A stretch of DNA of 64,000 nt from an uncultured SAR86 cluster bacterium (GCA_902570035.1 CACFWO010000004.1:22144-86143), one strand, 5' to 3'; positions 8,947 to 21,002 are shown, counted from the first letter of the stretch. Made by a program: numbers and translations. Notes: a model not told the origin generated them from the sequence alone.

Positions 8947-9054
8947 TCAGTAAATTAGATCAATATAGTAACTAACTATAGCTAGGAGAATAATAATCAA
9001 ACCTAGTGAAGAAAGTAACGTCCAAAGATGAAATTTTTTATCTTCCTTTTTCAT
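8947..9054 (-). CDS. Putative 35-aa single-pass small membrane protein (below the ORF track cutoff)
   Basis: [35 protein letters not shown]. It fills the intergenic gap, and its stop lies 1 nt before the next ATG. Confidence 0.6.
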   Translation of the reverse strand: MKKEDKKFHLWTLLSSLGLIIILLAIVSYYIDLIY

Positions 9055-9085
9055 CTGGCATAATAGTCATATACAAACATATTTT

Positions 9086-9304
9086 ATGGCAAAAGAAGAT
9101 TTAATAGAAATGGAAGGTGAAGTTATCGACACCATGCCTAACACTACATTTAAAGTTAAGCTTGAAAATGATCATGTGATAACAGCTCATATTTCAGGAA
9201 AAATGAGAAAAAACTACATCAGAATTCTCACTGGAGATAAGGTTAAAGTTGAAATGACACCTTATGATTTGTCTAAAGGTAGGATTACTTACAGGGGTAA
9301 ATAA
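9086..9304 (+). CDS. infA: Translation initiation factor IF-1
   Basis: [11 protein letters not shown]...[20 protein letters not shown]...[12 protein letters not shown]. Confidence 0.98.
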   Translation: MAKEDLIEMEGEVIDTMPNTTFKVKLENDHVITAHISGKMRKNYIRILTGDKVKVEMTPYDLSKGRITYRGK

Positions 9305-11566
9305 TTAAACCTTCTCTTTTTTCTTCTCTTCTTTTCTTGGGCTAGATTTAAGATTGATTTTTAATTCATCGTCTTCAACTGAAACGATAACGCTACCGCC
9401 ATTTTTTGAAAGTTCACCGAAAATTAATTCCTCAGCTAACGGTTTCTTGATTTTATCTTGAATTATCCTATACATAGGTCTTGCGCCCATTTTTTCATCG
9501 TACCCTTTATTTGACAGCCAAGATCTTGCATCGTCATCAACCTCTAAAGTGACCTGCTTCTCATCAAGTTGAGCCTGTACTTCGGTTAAAAATTTATCAA
9601 CTATTGTAAGAATTATTTCTTCAGGTAAAGAGTCAAATTGAACTATTGCATCAAGTCTATTTCTAAATTCTGGAGAGAAAGCTTTTTTGATGACTTCAGC
9701 ACCATCAGATGAATTATCTTGTTTTTGGAATCCCATAGAATTCCTAGCCATCTCTTGTGCACCTGAATTAGTTGTCATGATTAAGACAACATTTTTAAAA
9801 CTGGCTACTCTACCGTTATTATCAGTCAATGTGCCATGATCCATTACTTGAAGTAAGACATTAAAAACCTCAGGATGAGCCTTTTCAATTTCATCCAATA
9901 AAATTACTGAATGTGGATTTTTTACAGCTGCTTCAGTCAATAATCCACCTTGATCGTAACCAACATAACCTGGAGGTGCTCCAATTAATCTTGAAACAGT
10001 ATGTCTCTCCATATATTCAGACATATCAAATCTGATTAGTTCTACTCCCATAGACAAAGATAGTTGTCTTGATAATTCTGTTTTTCCGACACCTGTTGGT
10101 CCCGCAAAAAGAAAACTTCCAATTGGCTTTTCTTCGTTGCCAAGGCCTGCTCTAGACATAACAATAGAGCTGACTAATTTTTCAATAGCATCATCTTGAC
10201 CAAAAATAACTCTTTTTAAATTTTCTTCGAGCTTACCTAAAGAAACCTTGTCATCTTTAGAAACACTTTTTTCCGGTATTCTAGCGATCAATGAAATAAC
10301 TTTTTGGATATCCAGTTCAGAAACAGTTTTTCTTCTGTTATTTTTTAGAAGTCTTAACCTTGCACCAGCTTCATCAACAACATCGATAGCCTTATCTGGA
10401 AGAAATTTGTCATTTATGTGCTTTGAAGAAAGTTCTACTGCTGATTTTAATGCTTCTTTTGAATATTTAAGTTCGTGATGTTCTTCAAATTTTGATTTCA
10501 AACCTTCAAGAATCTTTAAAGTTTCTTCCTGAGATGGCTCTTCAATGTCCACTTTCTGAAATCTTCTTGATAATGCCCTATCCTTTTCAAAAATGTTTCT
10601 ATATTCAGTGTAAGTTGTAGAACCTACCAAAGTAAAACTGCCTTTCCCCAGGGTAGGTTTTAATAAATTTGAGGCATCCATTACTCCACCAGACGTTGCA
10701 CCCGCACCAATTACTGTATGTATCTCATCTATGAATAGGATAGATCCTTCAATTTTTTTTAGTTCTTTAAGAATTGACTTTAACCTTTTTTCAAAATCTC
10801 CTCTGTATTTTGTTCCAGCAAGAAGAGTCCCCATATCTAAAGAAAAAATTTGACGGTTTTTTAAGACATCAGGGACTTTACCTTCAACTATATTTTTTGC
10901 AAGGCCTTCTACAACGGCTGTTTTTCCAACACCGGATTCTCCAACTAATAGTGGATTGTTTTTACTTCTTCTTGAGACTATTTGAGTAATTCTCTCTAAT
11001 TCATTCGATCTGCCAATAAGCGGATCTATATTTCCTTCAGCTGCTTCTTGATTTAAATTAGTAGCGTATTTAATTAATGCATTTTGCTCAGATTCTTCGC
11101 CATCTTCATTTTGATAATCTATTTCTAAGTCTTCAGACTCGTCTTCCTCTCCGTGGCTTAGGTACGAAACGGCATCTAATCTTGTCATGCCCTGTTGTTT
11201 TAATAAATAAACGCTGTAAGACTCTTTTTCACTAAACAAAGCAACAATTATGTTAGCTCCTGTAACTTCTGTACCTTTTGTGCTTTGAACGTGAAATACC
11301 GCTCTTTGAATTACCCTTTGAAAGCTCAGAGTTGCTTGAACATCTTTATTAGAATCTGCATTTTCAGGAATAGACTCCTTTAGAAATTTATCTAATTCTA
11401 AAGTTAATTTTTCAATATCAACGTTACATGCAGACAATAACTTAAGAGCTTCGTTATTATCTAAAAGACAAAATAATAAATGCTCTGTTGTAACAAATTC
11501 ATGATTAGAGCTATGTGCTTTCTTAAATGCGTTATTAAGACAATTTTCTAAATTCTTTTCTAACAT
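9305..11566 (-). CDS. clpA: ATP-dependent Clp protease ATP-binding subunit ClpA
   Basis: Two AAA+ modules (GESGVGKT, GPTGVGKT) and an MGF ClpP-docking loop; directly downstream of clpS. Confidence 0.97.
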   Translation of the reverse strand: MLEKNLENCLNNAFKKAHSSNHEFVTTEHLLFCLLDNNEALKLLSACNVDIEKLTLELDKFLKESIPENADSNKDVQATLSFQRVIQRAVFHVQSTKGTEVTGANIIVALFSEKESYSVYLLKQQGMTRLDAVSYLSHGEEDESEDLEIDYQNEDGEESEQNALIKYATNLNQEAAEGNIDPLIGRSNELERITQIVSRRSKNNPLLVGESGVGKTAVVEGLAKNIVEGKVPDVLKNRQIFSLDMGTLLAGTKYRGDFEKRLKSILKELKKIEGSILFIDEIHTVIGAGATSGGVMDASNLLKPTLGKGSFTLVGSTTYTEYRNIFEKDRALSRRFQKVDIEEPSQEETLKILEGLKSKFEEHHELKYSKEALKSAVELSSKHINDKFLPDKAIDVVDEAGARLRLLKNNRRKTVSELDIQKVISLIARIPEKSVSKDDKVSLGKLEENLKRVIFGQDDAIEKLVSSIVMSRAGLGNEEKPIGSFLFAGPTGVGKTELSRQLSLSMGVELIRFDMSEYMERHTVSRLIGAPPGYVGYDQGGLLTEAAVKNPHSVILLDEIEKAHPEVFNVLLQVMDHGTLTDNNGRVASFKNVVLIMTTNSGAQEMARNSMGFQKQDNSSDGAEVIKKAFSPEFRNRLDAIVQFDSLPEEIILTIVDKFLTEVQAQLDEKQVTLEVDDDARSWLSNKGYDEKMGARPMYRIIQDKIKKPLAEELIFGELSKNGGSVIVSVEDDELKINLKSSPRKEEKKKEKV

Positions 11567-11925
11567 CAATCTTCGTCATCCACTGGTTCAATTTCACTTA
11601 TCAAAGGATGTTCATTTTGTTGAGCAAAATCATTGATTTGCGATGATTTTGTTTCAGCTATTTCCTTTGTAAAGATACCACAAACTCCTTTTCCATGAGT
11701 GTGCACTGCTAACATAATTTGTGTTGCTCTTTCCTGATCATAATTAAAAAACTTTTGTAGCACATATACTACAAATTCCATGGGCGTATAGTCGTCATTC
11801 AACAAAAGAATTCTATATAAAGAAGGTTTTTTTATTATTGGATCAGAAGGTCTGACAGCAACTGATAAGTCGCCTTCAAATTCTTCTTCTGGATTTTTGC
11901 TCTCTAATTTAAAATCAAAAAACAT
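11566..11925 (-). CDS. clpS: Clp protease adaptor ClpS
   Basis: [13 protein letters not shown]...[13 protein letters not shown]...AETK...HPL. Confidence 0.97.
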   Translation of the reverse strand: MFFDFKLESKNPEEEFEGDLSVAVRPSDPIIKKPSLYRILLLNDDYTPMEFVVYVLQKFFNYDQERATQIMLAVHTHGKGVCGIFTKEIAETKSSQINDFAQQNEHPLISEIEPVDDED

Positions 11926-11935
11926 TTAATTTATG

Positions 11936-13210
11936 CTATTTAAGATACCCCATCTTCATTCCTTTGCATACTTCATCTGCAAATTCTGAACACTTTAGTT
12001 TTGTCGCATTCTTCATTAATCTAGCTAAATCGTATGTAACGAGCTTGTTTTTAATAGCCCAGCTAATACCTTTGTTGACGTTATCTGAAGCTTCTTTCCA
12101 TCCTATATGATTAAGCATCATTCCCGCAGAAAGAATTAAAGATGATGGGTTTACTTTGTCTTCACCAGCATACTTTGGAGCTGTTCCATGTGTGGCTTCA
12201 AATAAGGCAATATGATCTCCAACGTTAGCTCCTGGAGCTAAGCCTAACCCACCTACTTTGGCTGCTAAGGCATCAGAAATATAATCGCCGTTTAAATTCA
12301 TGGTAGCAATAACATCATAATCTGCTGGTCTTGTTAAGATTTGTTGTAGAAAGGAGTCAGCTATAACATCCTTAATTACAATAGTTCTACCAGTTTTTGG
12401 ATTTATAAAACTCATCCATTCACCGCCATCTAAAGAAACTGCACCGTATTCAGTTTTAGCAACACCATAACCCCATTCTTTAAATGCACCCTCAGTAAAT
12501 TTCATAATATTACCTTTGTGAACTAAAGTTACTGAAGATCGATCATTATCGACAGCAAATTGTATTGCTTTTCTTACCAATCTCTCAGTTCCCGGCTTAG
12601 ATATTGGTTTAACTCCTATACCGCAAAATTCTTCAAACCTAATGTTTCCAACACCCATTTCTTCTTTAAAAAATTTGATAACTTTTTTGGCCTCTTCAGA
12701 GTCAGCCTTGAATTCTATGCCAGCATAAATATCTTCAGAATTTTCTCTAAAAACTACCATGTTAGTAGATTCTGGATAGATTACTGGACTTGGGACACCT
12801 TCAAAATAAGTAATAGGTCTTTCGCAGGAATAAAGATCTAATCTTTGCCTTAAAGCAACATTTAATGACCTAATCCCTCCTCCAATAGGAGTTGTAAGTG
12901 GCCCTTTTATTGCAACAATATACTCTCTTATTGCATCAATCGTTTCCTCAGGAAGCCAGGTGTCATTCCCATAAGTTTCAACTGATTTTTCACCACAATA
13001 TATTTCCATCCAAGATATTTTTTTTTCGTCTCCGTAAGCTGTTTCAACAGCATTATCGATGACTTTTATCATCGCTGGAGTTATGTCAGTACCAATACCA
13101 TCGCCCTCAATAAAAGGAATTATTGGGTTATTGGGGGTTTTGAATTTACCCTTTTCGCTTATCGTTATTGGCTCTCCATCTGATGGAATAACTATTTTTT
13201 CGTAACTCAT
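11936..13210 (-). CDS. icd: NADP-dependent isocitrate dehydrogenase (dimeric type)
   Basis: [49 protein letters not shown] and [10 protein letters not shown]. Confidence 0.97.
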   Translation of the reverse strand: MSYEKIVIPSDGEPITISEKGKFKTPNNPIIPFIEGDGIGTDITPAMIKVIDNAVETAYGDEKKISWMEIYCGEKSVETYGNDTWLPEETIDAIREYIVAIKGPLTTPIGGGIRSLNVALRQRLDLYSCERPITYFEGVPSPVIYPESTNMVVFRENSEDIYAGIEFKADSEEAKKVIKFFKEEMGVGNIRFEEFCGIGVKPISKPGTERLVRKAIQFAVDNDRSSVTLVHKGNIMKFTEGAFKEWGYGVAKTEYGAVSLDGGEWMSFINPKTGRTIVIKDVIADSFLQQILTRPADYDVIATMNLNGDYISDALAAKVGGLGLAPGANVGDHIALFEATHGTAPKYAGEDKVNPSSLILSAGMMLNHIGWKEASDNVNKGISWAIKNKLVTYDLARLMKNATKLKCSEFADEVCKGMKMGYLK

Positions 13211-13306
13211 AATTTATATTTCTTTGAGGTAGGGTCAAATAAGAGAAAGATTGTACCATTAAAATAAAAGTTTAAGACTTTTGCATTTTTTTAATAAAAT
13301 ACCTTT

Positions 13307-14377
13307 ATGAGAGTACTAGTTGGTATGTCTGGCGGTGTAGATTCTTCAGTTTCTGCAGCACTTCTTCTGCAAGAGGGCTACGAAGTAGAAGGAGCGTTCA
13401 TGAAAAATTGGGAAGATGATGATGGTACCCCTCTTTGTACTGCTAAAGAAGATTTTATGGATGCTGCAAAAGTTGCAGATCAATTAAAAATTAAATTGCA
13501 CCATGTAAATTTTTCAAAAGAATACAAGAGTAAAGTTTTTAATAAATTTTTAATGGATCTAGAAAAGGGTAAGACTCCTAATCCTGATGTTTTATGCAAT
13601 CAATTTATAAAATTTAATGAATTTTATAAATATGCTATTGAAAATAAATTCGATTGTATAGCTACAGGTCATTATGCAGGGATAAAGCAGATTTCTGGAT
13701 TAAATTATTTAGTAAAAGCAAAAGATGAAAAGAAAGATCAAACTTATTTTCTCTGTAACATAAATCAAGAGGTTTTAAATAAAACTATCTTTCCACTTTC
13801 TGAACTTACTAAGAAAGAAGTTAGGGATATTGCTAAATCAATGAATTTATCTACTTTCGAAAAAAAAGATAGTACCGGAATATGTTTTATTGGAGAAAGA
13901 CCCTTCCCTAGTTTTTTAGAAAACTACATTAAAGATAAACCTGGAAAAATTGTTTGTGACAGGGGTAATAATGTTGGCAAGCACAGAGGCCTTTCTTTTT
14001 ACACATTAGGGCAAAGACAAGGATTGGGAATAGGTGGATTGAAAAATTATGACGAAAGACCGTGGTATGTAGTGGAAAAAAAATTATCAGAAAATATTCT
14101 TGTCGTAGCTCAAGGCAACGATAATCAAAAGTTATTTGAAAAAAAATTATCTGTTAATTTTATTAATTGGATCTGCGAACCTAATCTTACCAAACCTATT
14201 AAATTGGAAGCCAAAATTAGATACAGACAAGATGATCAAGAATGCATCCTATCGAAAAAAGGTAAAACGTTTAGTGTAGAATTTACGAAACCTCAAAGAG
14301 CTATAACTCCAGGTCAATCAATTGTTTTTTATCAAGATAAAGTTTGTTTAGGCGGTGGAGAAATTTATAAGTCATGA
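13307..14377 (+). CDS. mnmA: tRNA 2-thiouridine(34) synthase
   Basis: MSGGVDSS, TPNPDVLCN, ATGHY, KDQTYFL, DSTGICFIG and TPGQ. Confidence 0.97.
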   Translation: MRVLVGMSGGVDSSVSAALLLQEGYEVEGAFMKNWEDDDGTPLCTAKEDFMDAAKVADQLKIKLHHVNFSKEYKSKVFNKFLMDLEKGKTPNPDVLCNQFIKFNEFYKYAIENKFDCIATGHYAGIKQISGLNYLVKAKDEKKDQTYFLCNINQEVLNKTIFPLSELTKKEVRDIAKSMNLSTFEKKDSTGICFIGERPFPSFLENYIKDKPGKIVCDRGNNVGKHRGLSFYTLGQRQGLGIGGLKNYDERPWYVVEKKLSENILVVAQGNDNQKLFEKKLSVNFINWICEPNLTKPIKLEAKIRYRQDDQECILSKKGKTFSVEFTKPQRAITPGQSIVFYQDKVCLGGGEIYKS

Positions 14378-15738
14378 CTAAAGAATCACTTTTATCAATA
14401 TCTCCTATCGATGGAAGATATAAAAATAAAATTAAAGAACTTGAAAATTATTTTTCTGAATTTGCTCTAATAAAAACGAGAGTTGAAGTAGAAATAAGAT
14501 GGTTATTATTTTTATTAAATACAAAAAGTTTTAAATTTTTACCTCCAATTAATAAAAATCAACAAAAAAAAATAGAGAGCATCCTTTTAAATTTTAATTT
14601 GAAAGAAGCTTCAAAAGTTAAAACTATAGAAAAAATTACAAATCACGATGTAAAAGCCGTTGAAGTTTACATAGTAAAGCAGCTTGATTCAGCAGGGTTA
14701 TCCAAACTGAGTGAATTTGTACATATTTGTTGTACTTCTGAAGATATCAACAACCTATCTTATGCATTAATGGTTGAAAGATATAGAACTGAATATTTAT
14801 TACCAAATCTAAAGTCTTTTAATAAAGAAATTAATAAAATGGCTATCAAATGGGCAAATATTTCTATGCTCTCTTTTACGCACGGTCAAAAAGCTAGCCC
14901 TACTTCTCTAGGGAAGGAATTTAAGAATTTCTTTCATAGAATTTCCTTTCATCAAAATAAAATAAATGAATCGAAACAATCTGCAAAATTTAATGGAGCA
15001 GTAGGTAATTTTAATGCTCATCATGCGCTGGATTCAAAAATCAATTGGCCAAAAATTACTAATAAATTTATTTCTTCCTTTAATCTTGAATACTCTCTAA
15101 TTTCATCTCAAATTGAGTTTAAAGATAATCTAGTATTCTTACTATCAAACGTAGAAAATTTAAATAATGTACTAATAGATTTATCAAAAGATGCTTGGCT
15201 TTATATATCTAAAGATTATCTTAAACAAAAAATTTCTTCGAACGAGGTAGGTTCATCAACTATGCCGCATAAAGTTAATCCTATTGATTTCGAAAATGCT
15301 GAAGGAAATTTAACTTTATCAAATAGCTTAATTCCTGCCGTCAAAAATAAATTACAAATTTCTAGATTGCAAAGAGATTTATCCGATTCAACAGTGAGTA
15401 GAAATATTGGTCTTTGTTTTGCATATTTAGAAATATCACTTAAGTCATTGAATAAAGGGCTTAAAAAACTTGAGCCAAATAAGATAAAAATTAAAGAGGA
15501 ATTACAGGATAGTTGGGAAGTTTTAGCAGAAGCAATACAGACTGTCATGAGAAAAAATAAAATTTCTAATAGTTATGACATCATAAAAAAATTAACTAGA
15601 GGGAAAGAACTAAGTGAGGAAAGTTATCGAAACTTAATAGAAAATCTCCCTATTAATGAATTAGATAAAACTAAACTTCTTAAGCTAACTCCTATACAAT
15701 ACACCGGCTTAGCTAGCTATCTAGCAAAATTAAAATAA
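14374..15738 (+). CDS. purB: Adenylosuccinate lyase
   Basis: SPIDGRY, TNHDVKAVE, TSEDINN and GSSTMPHKVNPIDFENAEGN. Confidence 0.97.
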   Translation: MTKESLLSISPIDGRYKNKIKELENYFSEFALIKTRVEVEIRWLLFLLNTKSFKFLPPINKNQQKKIESILLNFNLKEASKVKTIEKITNHDVKAVEVYIVKQLDSAGLSKLSEFVHICCTSEDINNLSYALMVERYRTEYLLPNLKSFNKEINKMAIKWANISMLSFTHGQKASPTSLGKEFKNFFHRISFHQNKINESKQSAKFNGAVGNFNAHHALDSKINWPKITNKFISSFNLEYSLISSQIEFKDNLVFLLSNVENLNNVLIDLSKDAWLYISKDYLKQKISSNEVGSSTMPHKVNPIDFENAEGNLTLSNSLIPAVKNKLQISRLQRDLSDSTVSRNIGLCFAYLEISLKSLNKGLKKLEPNKIKIKEELQDSWEVLAEAIQTVMRKNKISNSYDIIKKLTRGKELSEESYRNLIENLPINELDKTKLLKLTPIQYTGLASYLAKLK

Positions 15739-15763
15739 GTATTCATTAAGAAGAGGACCGTAA

Positions 15764-17368
15764 ATGCTTGATTATAAAAAGACTGTAGAACATTTTGAGC
15801 AATTAATAGCTAAAGGTGGAGATTTATACAAAAATATTTCTGCTGAAAACGCAGCTCGAATGGATTTACAAAATAGATTCAAAACAGGCTTGGATATAGC
15901 TAAATATACTGCAGACATCATGCATAAAGATATGTCTGAATATGATGGTGATTCATCTGTTTATACTCAATCTTTAGGTTGTTGGCATGGTTTTACTGCT
16001 CAGCAAATGATGATGGAGATAAAAAAATCCAGAGAAACTACTAATAAGAGATATGTTTATTTAAGCGGATGGATGGTCGCTGCTCTGAGATCTGACTTTG
16101 GCCCTCTTCCAGATCAAAGCATGCATGAGAAATTAGCTGTTCCAAACTTAATTAAAGAAATATATACATTTTTAAAAAGGGCAGATGCCGTTGAGTTACA
16201 ACATCTATTTAATGAATTAGATGAAGTTAGAGAAAATGGTGGAGATGAATCAGTAGTGATATCCAAAATTGATAATTTTGAGACTCATGTCGTGCCAATA
16301 ATTGCAGATATCGATGCTGGCTTCGGTAACGAGGAAGCAACTTATTTATTAGCAAAGAAAATGATTCAGGCTGGAGCGTGTTGCATTCAGATTGAGAATC
16401 AGGTTTCTGATGAAAAACAATGTGGGCACCAAGATGGAAAGGTTACAGTCCCTCACGAAGATTTTTTACATAAAATCAATGCAGTTAGATATTCCTTTTT
16501 AGAACTAGGTGTTGAAAATGGTTTGATAGTTGCTAGAACAGATTCTTTAGGAGCAGGACTTACTCAGAAAGTCCCAGTAATGCTGGAAGAAGGCGACTTG
16601 GCAGATCAATATAATTCTTTTCTTGAAACTGAAGAAATTACTAACCTTGAAGAATTAGATGAAAACGATATAACCATCCATCAAAAAGGCTTATTAGTAA
16701 AACCTGTTCGTCTACCTAATGGCCTTTACAGATTTAAAGACGGTACAGGTTTTGACAGAGTCGTCCTTGATTGTATTACAAGCTTACAAAATGGAGCTGA
16801 TCTTTTGTGGATTGAGACAGAAAAACCAAATGTTCAGCAAATTGCTGACATGGTTAATGCAATCAGAGAAGTGGAACCCAAGGCAAAGCTAGTCTATAAC
16901 AATTCTCCATCTTTTAATTGGACTTTGTCATTTAGAGAACAGGTTTACAAAGAATGGGTTGATTCGGGTAAAGATGTTTCGGCATATCCTGATCCTTCCT
17001 CGGATCCTAAGGGTTTAATGGATGTTAAGTTTGACGATTCAGAGCTGGCATTAGAAGCAGATAATCTCATACAAACTTTCCAGAAAGATGCATCAAGAGA
17101 AGCAGGAATTTTTCATCATTTAATTACTCTGCCCACTTATCACGAAACAGCTTTGGGAACTGCAACATTAACTGAAGGTTATTTTGGTGATGAAGGAATG
17201 CTAGCTTATGTTAAAGGTATTCAAAGACAAGAAATAAGAAGAGATATGTCATCTGTAAAACACCAAGATCTTGCTGGGTCAACAATTGGTGATACTCACA
17301 AAGAATATTTTTCAGGCGATAAAGCACTTAAAGCAGGTGGAAAAGACAACACGATGAATCAGTTTTAA
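15764..17368 (+). CDS. aceA: Isocitrate lyase (long Pseudomonas-type)
   Basis: YLSGWMVA, PIIADIDAGFG, QIENQVSDEKQCGHQDGK and YNNSPSFNW. Confidence 0.95.
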   Translation: MLDYKKTVEHFEQLIAKGGDLYKNISAENAARMDLQNRFKTGLDIAKYTADIMHKDMSEYDGDSSVYTQSLGCWHGFTAQQMMMEIKKSRETTNKRYVYLSGWMVAALRSDFGPLPDQSMHEKLAVPNLIKEIYTFLKRADAVELQHLFNELDEVRENGGDESVVISKIDNFETHVVPIIADIDAGFGNEEATYLLAKKMIQAGACCIQIENQVSDEKQCGHQDGKVTVPHEDFLHKINAVRYSFLELGVENGLIVARTDSLGAGLTQKVPVMLEEGDLADQYNSFLETEEITNLEELDENDITIHQKGLLVKPVRLPNGLYRFKDGTGFDRVVLDCITSLQNGADLLWIETEKPNVQQIADMVNAIREVEPKAKLVYNNSPSFNWTLSFREQVYKEWVDSGKDVSAYPDPSSDPKGLMDVKFDDSELALEADNLIQTFQKDASREAGIFHHLITLPTYHETALGTATLTEGYFGDEGMLAYVKGIQRQEIRRDMSSVKHQDLAGSTIGDTHKEYFSGDKALKAGGKDNTMNQF

Positions 17369-17542
17369 TTACTTAGGACATTTTTTTGGATTGCCGCCAC
17401 ATATAGTGCATTCCAAATCACTATCGAGATTACTCATACCTCCACAAGATCCTTCTAAAGGCTTGTTGTTCAAGATTAATCCCAGACTCAATCCTAAGAT
17501 TGATAAGATCACAACGATAGATGCAAAGAAAAAAGTAGCCAT
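17369..17542 (-). CDS. nqrM: Na+-NQR maturation factor NqrM (DUF539), 57 aa, missed by the ORF track
   Basis: MATFFFASIVVILSILGLSLGLILNNKPLEGSCGGMSNLDSDLECTICGGNPKKCPK*: TM helix plus GSCGG and CxxCGG...C motifs, directly after apbE. Confidence 0.9.
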   Translation of the reverse strand: MATFFFASIVVILSILGLSLGLILNNKPLEGSCGGMSNLDSDLECTICGGNPKKCPK

Positions 17543-17544
17543 AT

Positions 17545-18516
17545 TTAGTGAATTATATCTTCAAAAGATGGAGTTATTCTAATAGAAAATTCACCTTCTG
17601 ACCTAAAAATAAATAAGGCTGCAATTGAATTATTAACTGCAAATTCAAAACCTTCTTTTAAACCCATGACATTCAATGCAGTCGCTAAAGCATCTGCATC
17701 ACCAGCATGTCGAAACTGTCCAGGCAAGGCTACAGAGACGGATGTTAAATTATTTGAAATAGGAAAACCTGTCTTAGGATCAATTGTATGAGAATAGCGC
17801 TTATTATTTAAAGTAAAAAAATTTCTGTAATCACCTGAAGTTGCCACAGCCATATACTTTTCGTTGTCTTTTTTCGATAAACACTTAATCGGTTTACTGT
17901 TTTGAGTATCAGGATTTTCTATACAGATAATCCAAGGAGATTTTTTTTTATTTCCTTTAATAAGTATTTCTCCGCCGATATCGATAAAATAATTATTTAG
18001 ATTTTGATCATCCAATAATCGAGCAATCTCATCAACTGCATAACCTTTTGCAATTGCAGAAAAATCAATTTCTAAATGATCATTGTCGTTATAGTCGCAT
18101 CCCTTGGGAATAATATTCTCAATATCATCCTCCTCCGGAACAGACATTGTTTTTATAGGTCCAAAACCCCAAAGATTTACTAGGCTGCCTGCAAAAATAT
18201 TGAAGTTTTGATTTACAAACTTACAGATTTCAATCGAATGATTTAATAAATTAGTGAAATCATCATTACTAGCTTGTTTCTCTTTTCTATTAAATCTCAT
18301 TAAGTAAGACTCACTTTTATAATTTGAAAAAAGCATATCAATTTCACGAAGTTTTAAATCAATGGATGATTGGATGTTATTCAAATTTGGAGAATCTGAA
18401 ATTTTTATATTGTAGTAAGTTCCAAATATATATCCTTGAAATTGATTTTCATTTGAAACACAACCAGTTAAAAGAAGTAAGGATATAAAGAGATATCTAA
18501 CTGCCAAAATCATCAA
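17545..18516 (-). CDS. apbE: FAD:protein FMN transferase ApbE (lipoprotein)
   Basis: LTGC lipobox, [33 protein letters not shown] and ADALATA. Exact start uncertain. Confidence 0.93.
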   Translation of the reverse strand: MMILAVRYLFISLLLLTGCVSNENQFQGYIFGTYYNIKISDSPNLNNIQSSIDLKLREIDMLFSNYKSESYLMRFNRKEKQASNDDFTNLLNHSIEICKFVNQNFNIFAGSLVNLWGFGPIKTMSVPEEDDIENIIPKGCDYNDNDHLEIDFSAIAKGYAVDEIARLLDDQNLNNYFIDIGGEILIKGNKKKSPWIICIENPDTQNSKPIKCLSKKDNEKYMAVATSGDYRNFFTLNNKRYSHTIDPKTGFPISNNLTSVSVALPGQFRHAGDADALATALNVMGLKEGFEFAVNNSIAALFIFRSEGEFSIRITPSFEDIIH

Positions 18517-19726
18517 ACATGATGTTCTCAGGTTCTACTCCAAGGCTATCAAGCATTGTAAAGCAAGCATCCATCATTGGAGGAGGACCGCACATATAAT
18601 ATTCACAATCTTCTGGAGCAGGATGATCTTTGAGATAATTATCAAGTAAAACTTGATGAATGAATCCAGTCATACCGTTCCATTCATCTTCAGGTAAAGG
18701 ATCTGATAGAGCTGCATGCCAGGTAAAATTTTCGTATTTTTCTTCCAATTTATTGAAATCATCAATATAAAACATTTCTTTTAGACTCCTAGCTCCGTAC
18801 CAAAACGTAATTTTTCTGGAAGAATCCAATCTCAAAAGTTGATCAAATATATGAGATCGCATAGGTGCCATACCCGCACCACCACCAATGAATACCATTT
18901 CATTTGGTGTATCTTTAGCCATGAATTCTCCAAACGGACCGAAGATGGTTAAATTATCACCTGGTTTTAAATTAAATAAATAAGATGAAGCTTCTCCTGG
19001 TGGAAAACTTGTTCCAGGAGGTGGACTTGCAATTCTAATGTTAAATTTCATTATTCCCTTTTCTTCAGGATAATTAGCCATTGAATATGCTCTAATAACA
19101 GGAACACCAACTGTAGCTACATTTTCAAAAACTTTAAATTTTTCCCAATCTCCTTTGTAAATATCTTTAATATCGAAAGATTTATAATCTGCTTCATAAG
19201 GAGGTATTTCCATTTGAACATAGCCCCCAGCATCGAAACCAACATTCTCTCCTTCAGGTAATTTCAAAACTAATTCTTTAATAAAAGTTGCCACATTATC
19301 ATTTGAGACAACTGTTGTATCCCATTTTTTAACGCCAAAAACTTCATCCGGCACTGTAATTTTCATGTCAGCCTTTACAGGGACCTGACAAGAAAGCCTC
19401 CAGCCTTCTCTTTTTTCTTTATTATTAAAGTGAGCTTCTTCAGTAGAAAGAATTGAGCCGCCGCCTTCAAAAACTTGACAACGACACTGAGAGCAAGTGC
19501 CCCCTCCTCCACATGCCGAAGAAAGAAATAAATTCTCTGAGGCTAAGGTCTGTAATAATTTTCCTCCTGCGGGGACTTTTATTGCTTTATCCTGATCTCC
19601 ATTAATTTCGATAATAACATCACCAGTGGAGACCAATCTTGATCTAGCAAACAAGATTACGAAAATCATCAGATTTACTATTAATGCAAAAGTAGCGATT
19701 CCAAATATAAGATCTAAATTAATCAT
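18497..19726 (-). CDS. nqrF: Na+-translocating NADH:quinone reductase subunit F
   Basis: [10 protein letters not shown] 2Fe-2S motif, [19 protein letters not shown] and FDDFG. Confidence 0.97.
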   Translation of the reverse strand: MINLDLIFGIATFALIVNLMIFVILFARSRLVSTGDVIIEINGDQDKAIKVPAGGKLLQTLASENLFLSSACGGGGTCSQCRCQVFEGGGSILSTEEAHFNNKEKREGWRLSCQVPVKADMKITVPDEVFGVKKWDTTVVSNDNVATFIKELVLKLPEGENVGFDAGGYVQMEIPPYEADYKSFDIKDIYKGDWEKFKVFENVATVGVPVIRAYSMANYPEEKGIMKFNIRIASPPPGTSFPPGEASSYLFNLKPGDNLTIFGPFGEFMAKDTPNEMVFIGGGAGMAPMRSHIFDQLLRLDSSRKITFWYGARSLKEMFYIDDFNKLEEKYENFTWHAALSDPLPEDEWNGMTGFIHQVLLDNYLKDHPAPEDCEYYMCGPPPMMDACFTMLDSLGVEPENIMFDDFGS

Positions 19727-20338
19727 TTAGAGTATTATTCCTCCAAATGACATAAAACCAAAGGTCATCAAACCAACAGTTATAAAGGTAATACCCAATC
19801 CCTCAAGCCCATCTGGAATATCGCTGTATTTTAATTTTTCTCTGATACCTGCTAAAAGAACAATAGCGAGAGCCCAGCCTACTCCGCCTCCAAGGCCATA
19901 AACAACACTCTCACCAAAGTCTAAATTCTTTTCTACCATGAATAGAGATGCGCCAAGAATTGCGCAATTTACCGTTATAAGAGGAAGAAATATTCCAAGG
20001 GCAGTATAAAGTTTGGGAACGTATTTATCTAAAAACATCTCAAGAATTTGCACACATGCTGCAATAACCCCTATGTAACTGATTAAACCGACAAATTCCA
20101 GAGATACATCTGGGTAGCCGAGCCAAGTTAAAGCCCCATCTCTAAGTAAAAAGTTATAAATAATATTATTTAAAGGAACAGTTATGGCTAATACAACGAT
20201 TACAGCAATTCCAAGACCAATTGCAGCTTCAATTTTTTTGGAAATGGCTAAAAAAGTACACATACCTAGAAAAACAGATAATGCTAGGTTCTCTATGAAA
20301 ATTGAAGATACAAAAATAGATATGTAGTGCTCAAGCAT
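19727..20338 (-). CDS. nqrE: Na+-NQR subunit E
   Basis: [13 protein letters not shown] and [11 protein letters not shown]. Start set at ATG 20338 (MLEHY). Confidence 0.95.
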   Translation of the reverse strand: MLEHYISIFVSSIFIENLALSVFLGMCTFLAISKKIEAAIGLGIAVIVVLAITVPLNNIIYNFLLRDGALTWLGYPDVSLEFVGLISYIGVIAACVQILEMFLDKYVPKLYTALGIFLPLITVNCAILGASLFMVEKNLDFGESVVYGLGGGVGWALAIVLLAGIREKLKYSDIPDGLEGLGITFITVGLMTFGFMSFGGIIL

Positions 20339-21002
20339 GATGTGTTTCCACCTCTTTAGGAGCATTTTTACTCATCAGGAATTCTTTTTCTTCAACTTGT
20401 TCGGTCTTCCATGATCTTAGTGCCCATATGAACAATCCAATTATTAGGAATGAACTCGGTGCAAGCAGAAAGAAGTTATTACCAACATACCATCCACCAT
20501 TTTGAGTAGTAGTTAAAATATCAATTCCAAGAAGTTGACCAGAACCCAGTAACTCTCTGATAGCTCCAACAACAATTAGTATAAGACTGTATCCTAGTCC
20601 ATTTCCTAAACCATCTAAGAAACTAACCCCAGGAGTATTTTGCATAGCAAATGCTTCTGCTCTGCCCATAACAATACAGTTAGTAATAATTAACCCAACA
20701 AAGACAGATAATGTTTTGCTTGTTTCATAATCGTAAGCTTTTAGGAATTGATCCACTAAGATAACCAAAGAAGAAATAATTGTCATTTGAACAATAATTC
20801 TTATATTCGTTGGGATTATGTTTCTTATTAAAGAAATAAAGAAATTTGATAGGCTAACAGTGATAGTTAAAGCAACACACATTATAAGTGTAGGATAAAG
20901 CTTGCTAGTAACCGCTAATGCTGAACAAATGCCTAATATTTGTAAGGCAATTGGATTATCCTTGAAGATAGGTGTTAATAATATTTCTTTGAACTTAGAC
21001 AT
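20331..21002 (-). CDS. nqrD: Na+-NQR subunit D
   Basis: [17 protein letters not shown] and [16 protein letters not shown]. Confidence 0.96.
   Translation of the reverse strand: MSKFKEILLTPIFKDNPIALQILGICSALAVTSKLYPTLIMCVALTITVSLSNFFISLIRNIIPTNIRIIVQMTIISSLVILVDQFLKAYDYETSKTLSVFVGLIITNCIVMGRAEAFAMQNTPGVSFLDGLGNGLGYSLILIVVGAIRELLGSGQLLGIDILTTTQNGGWYVGNNFFLLAPSSFLIIGLFIWALRSWKTEQVEEKEFLMSKNAPKEVETHHA

Noticed and set aside
17391-17582. 63-aa plus-strand ORF after aceA
   Set aside because: It is the antisense shadow of nqrM, which has the expected motifs and position.
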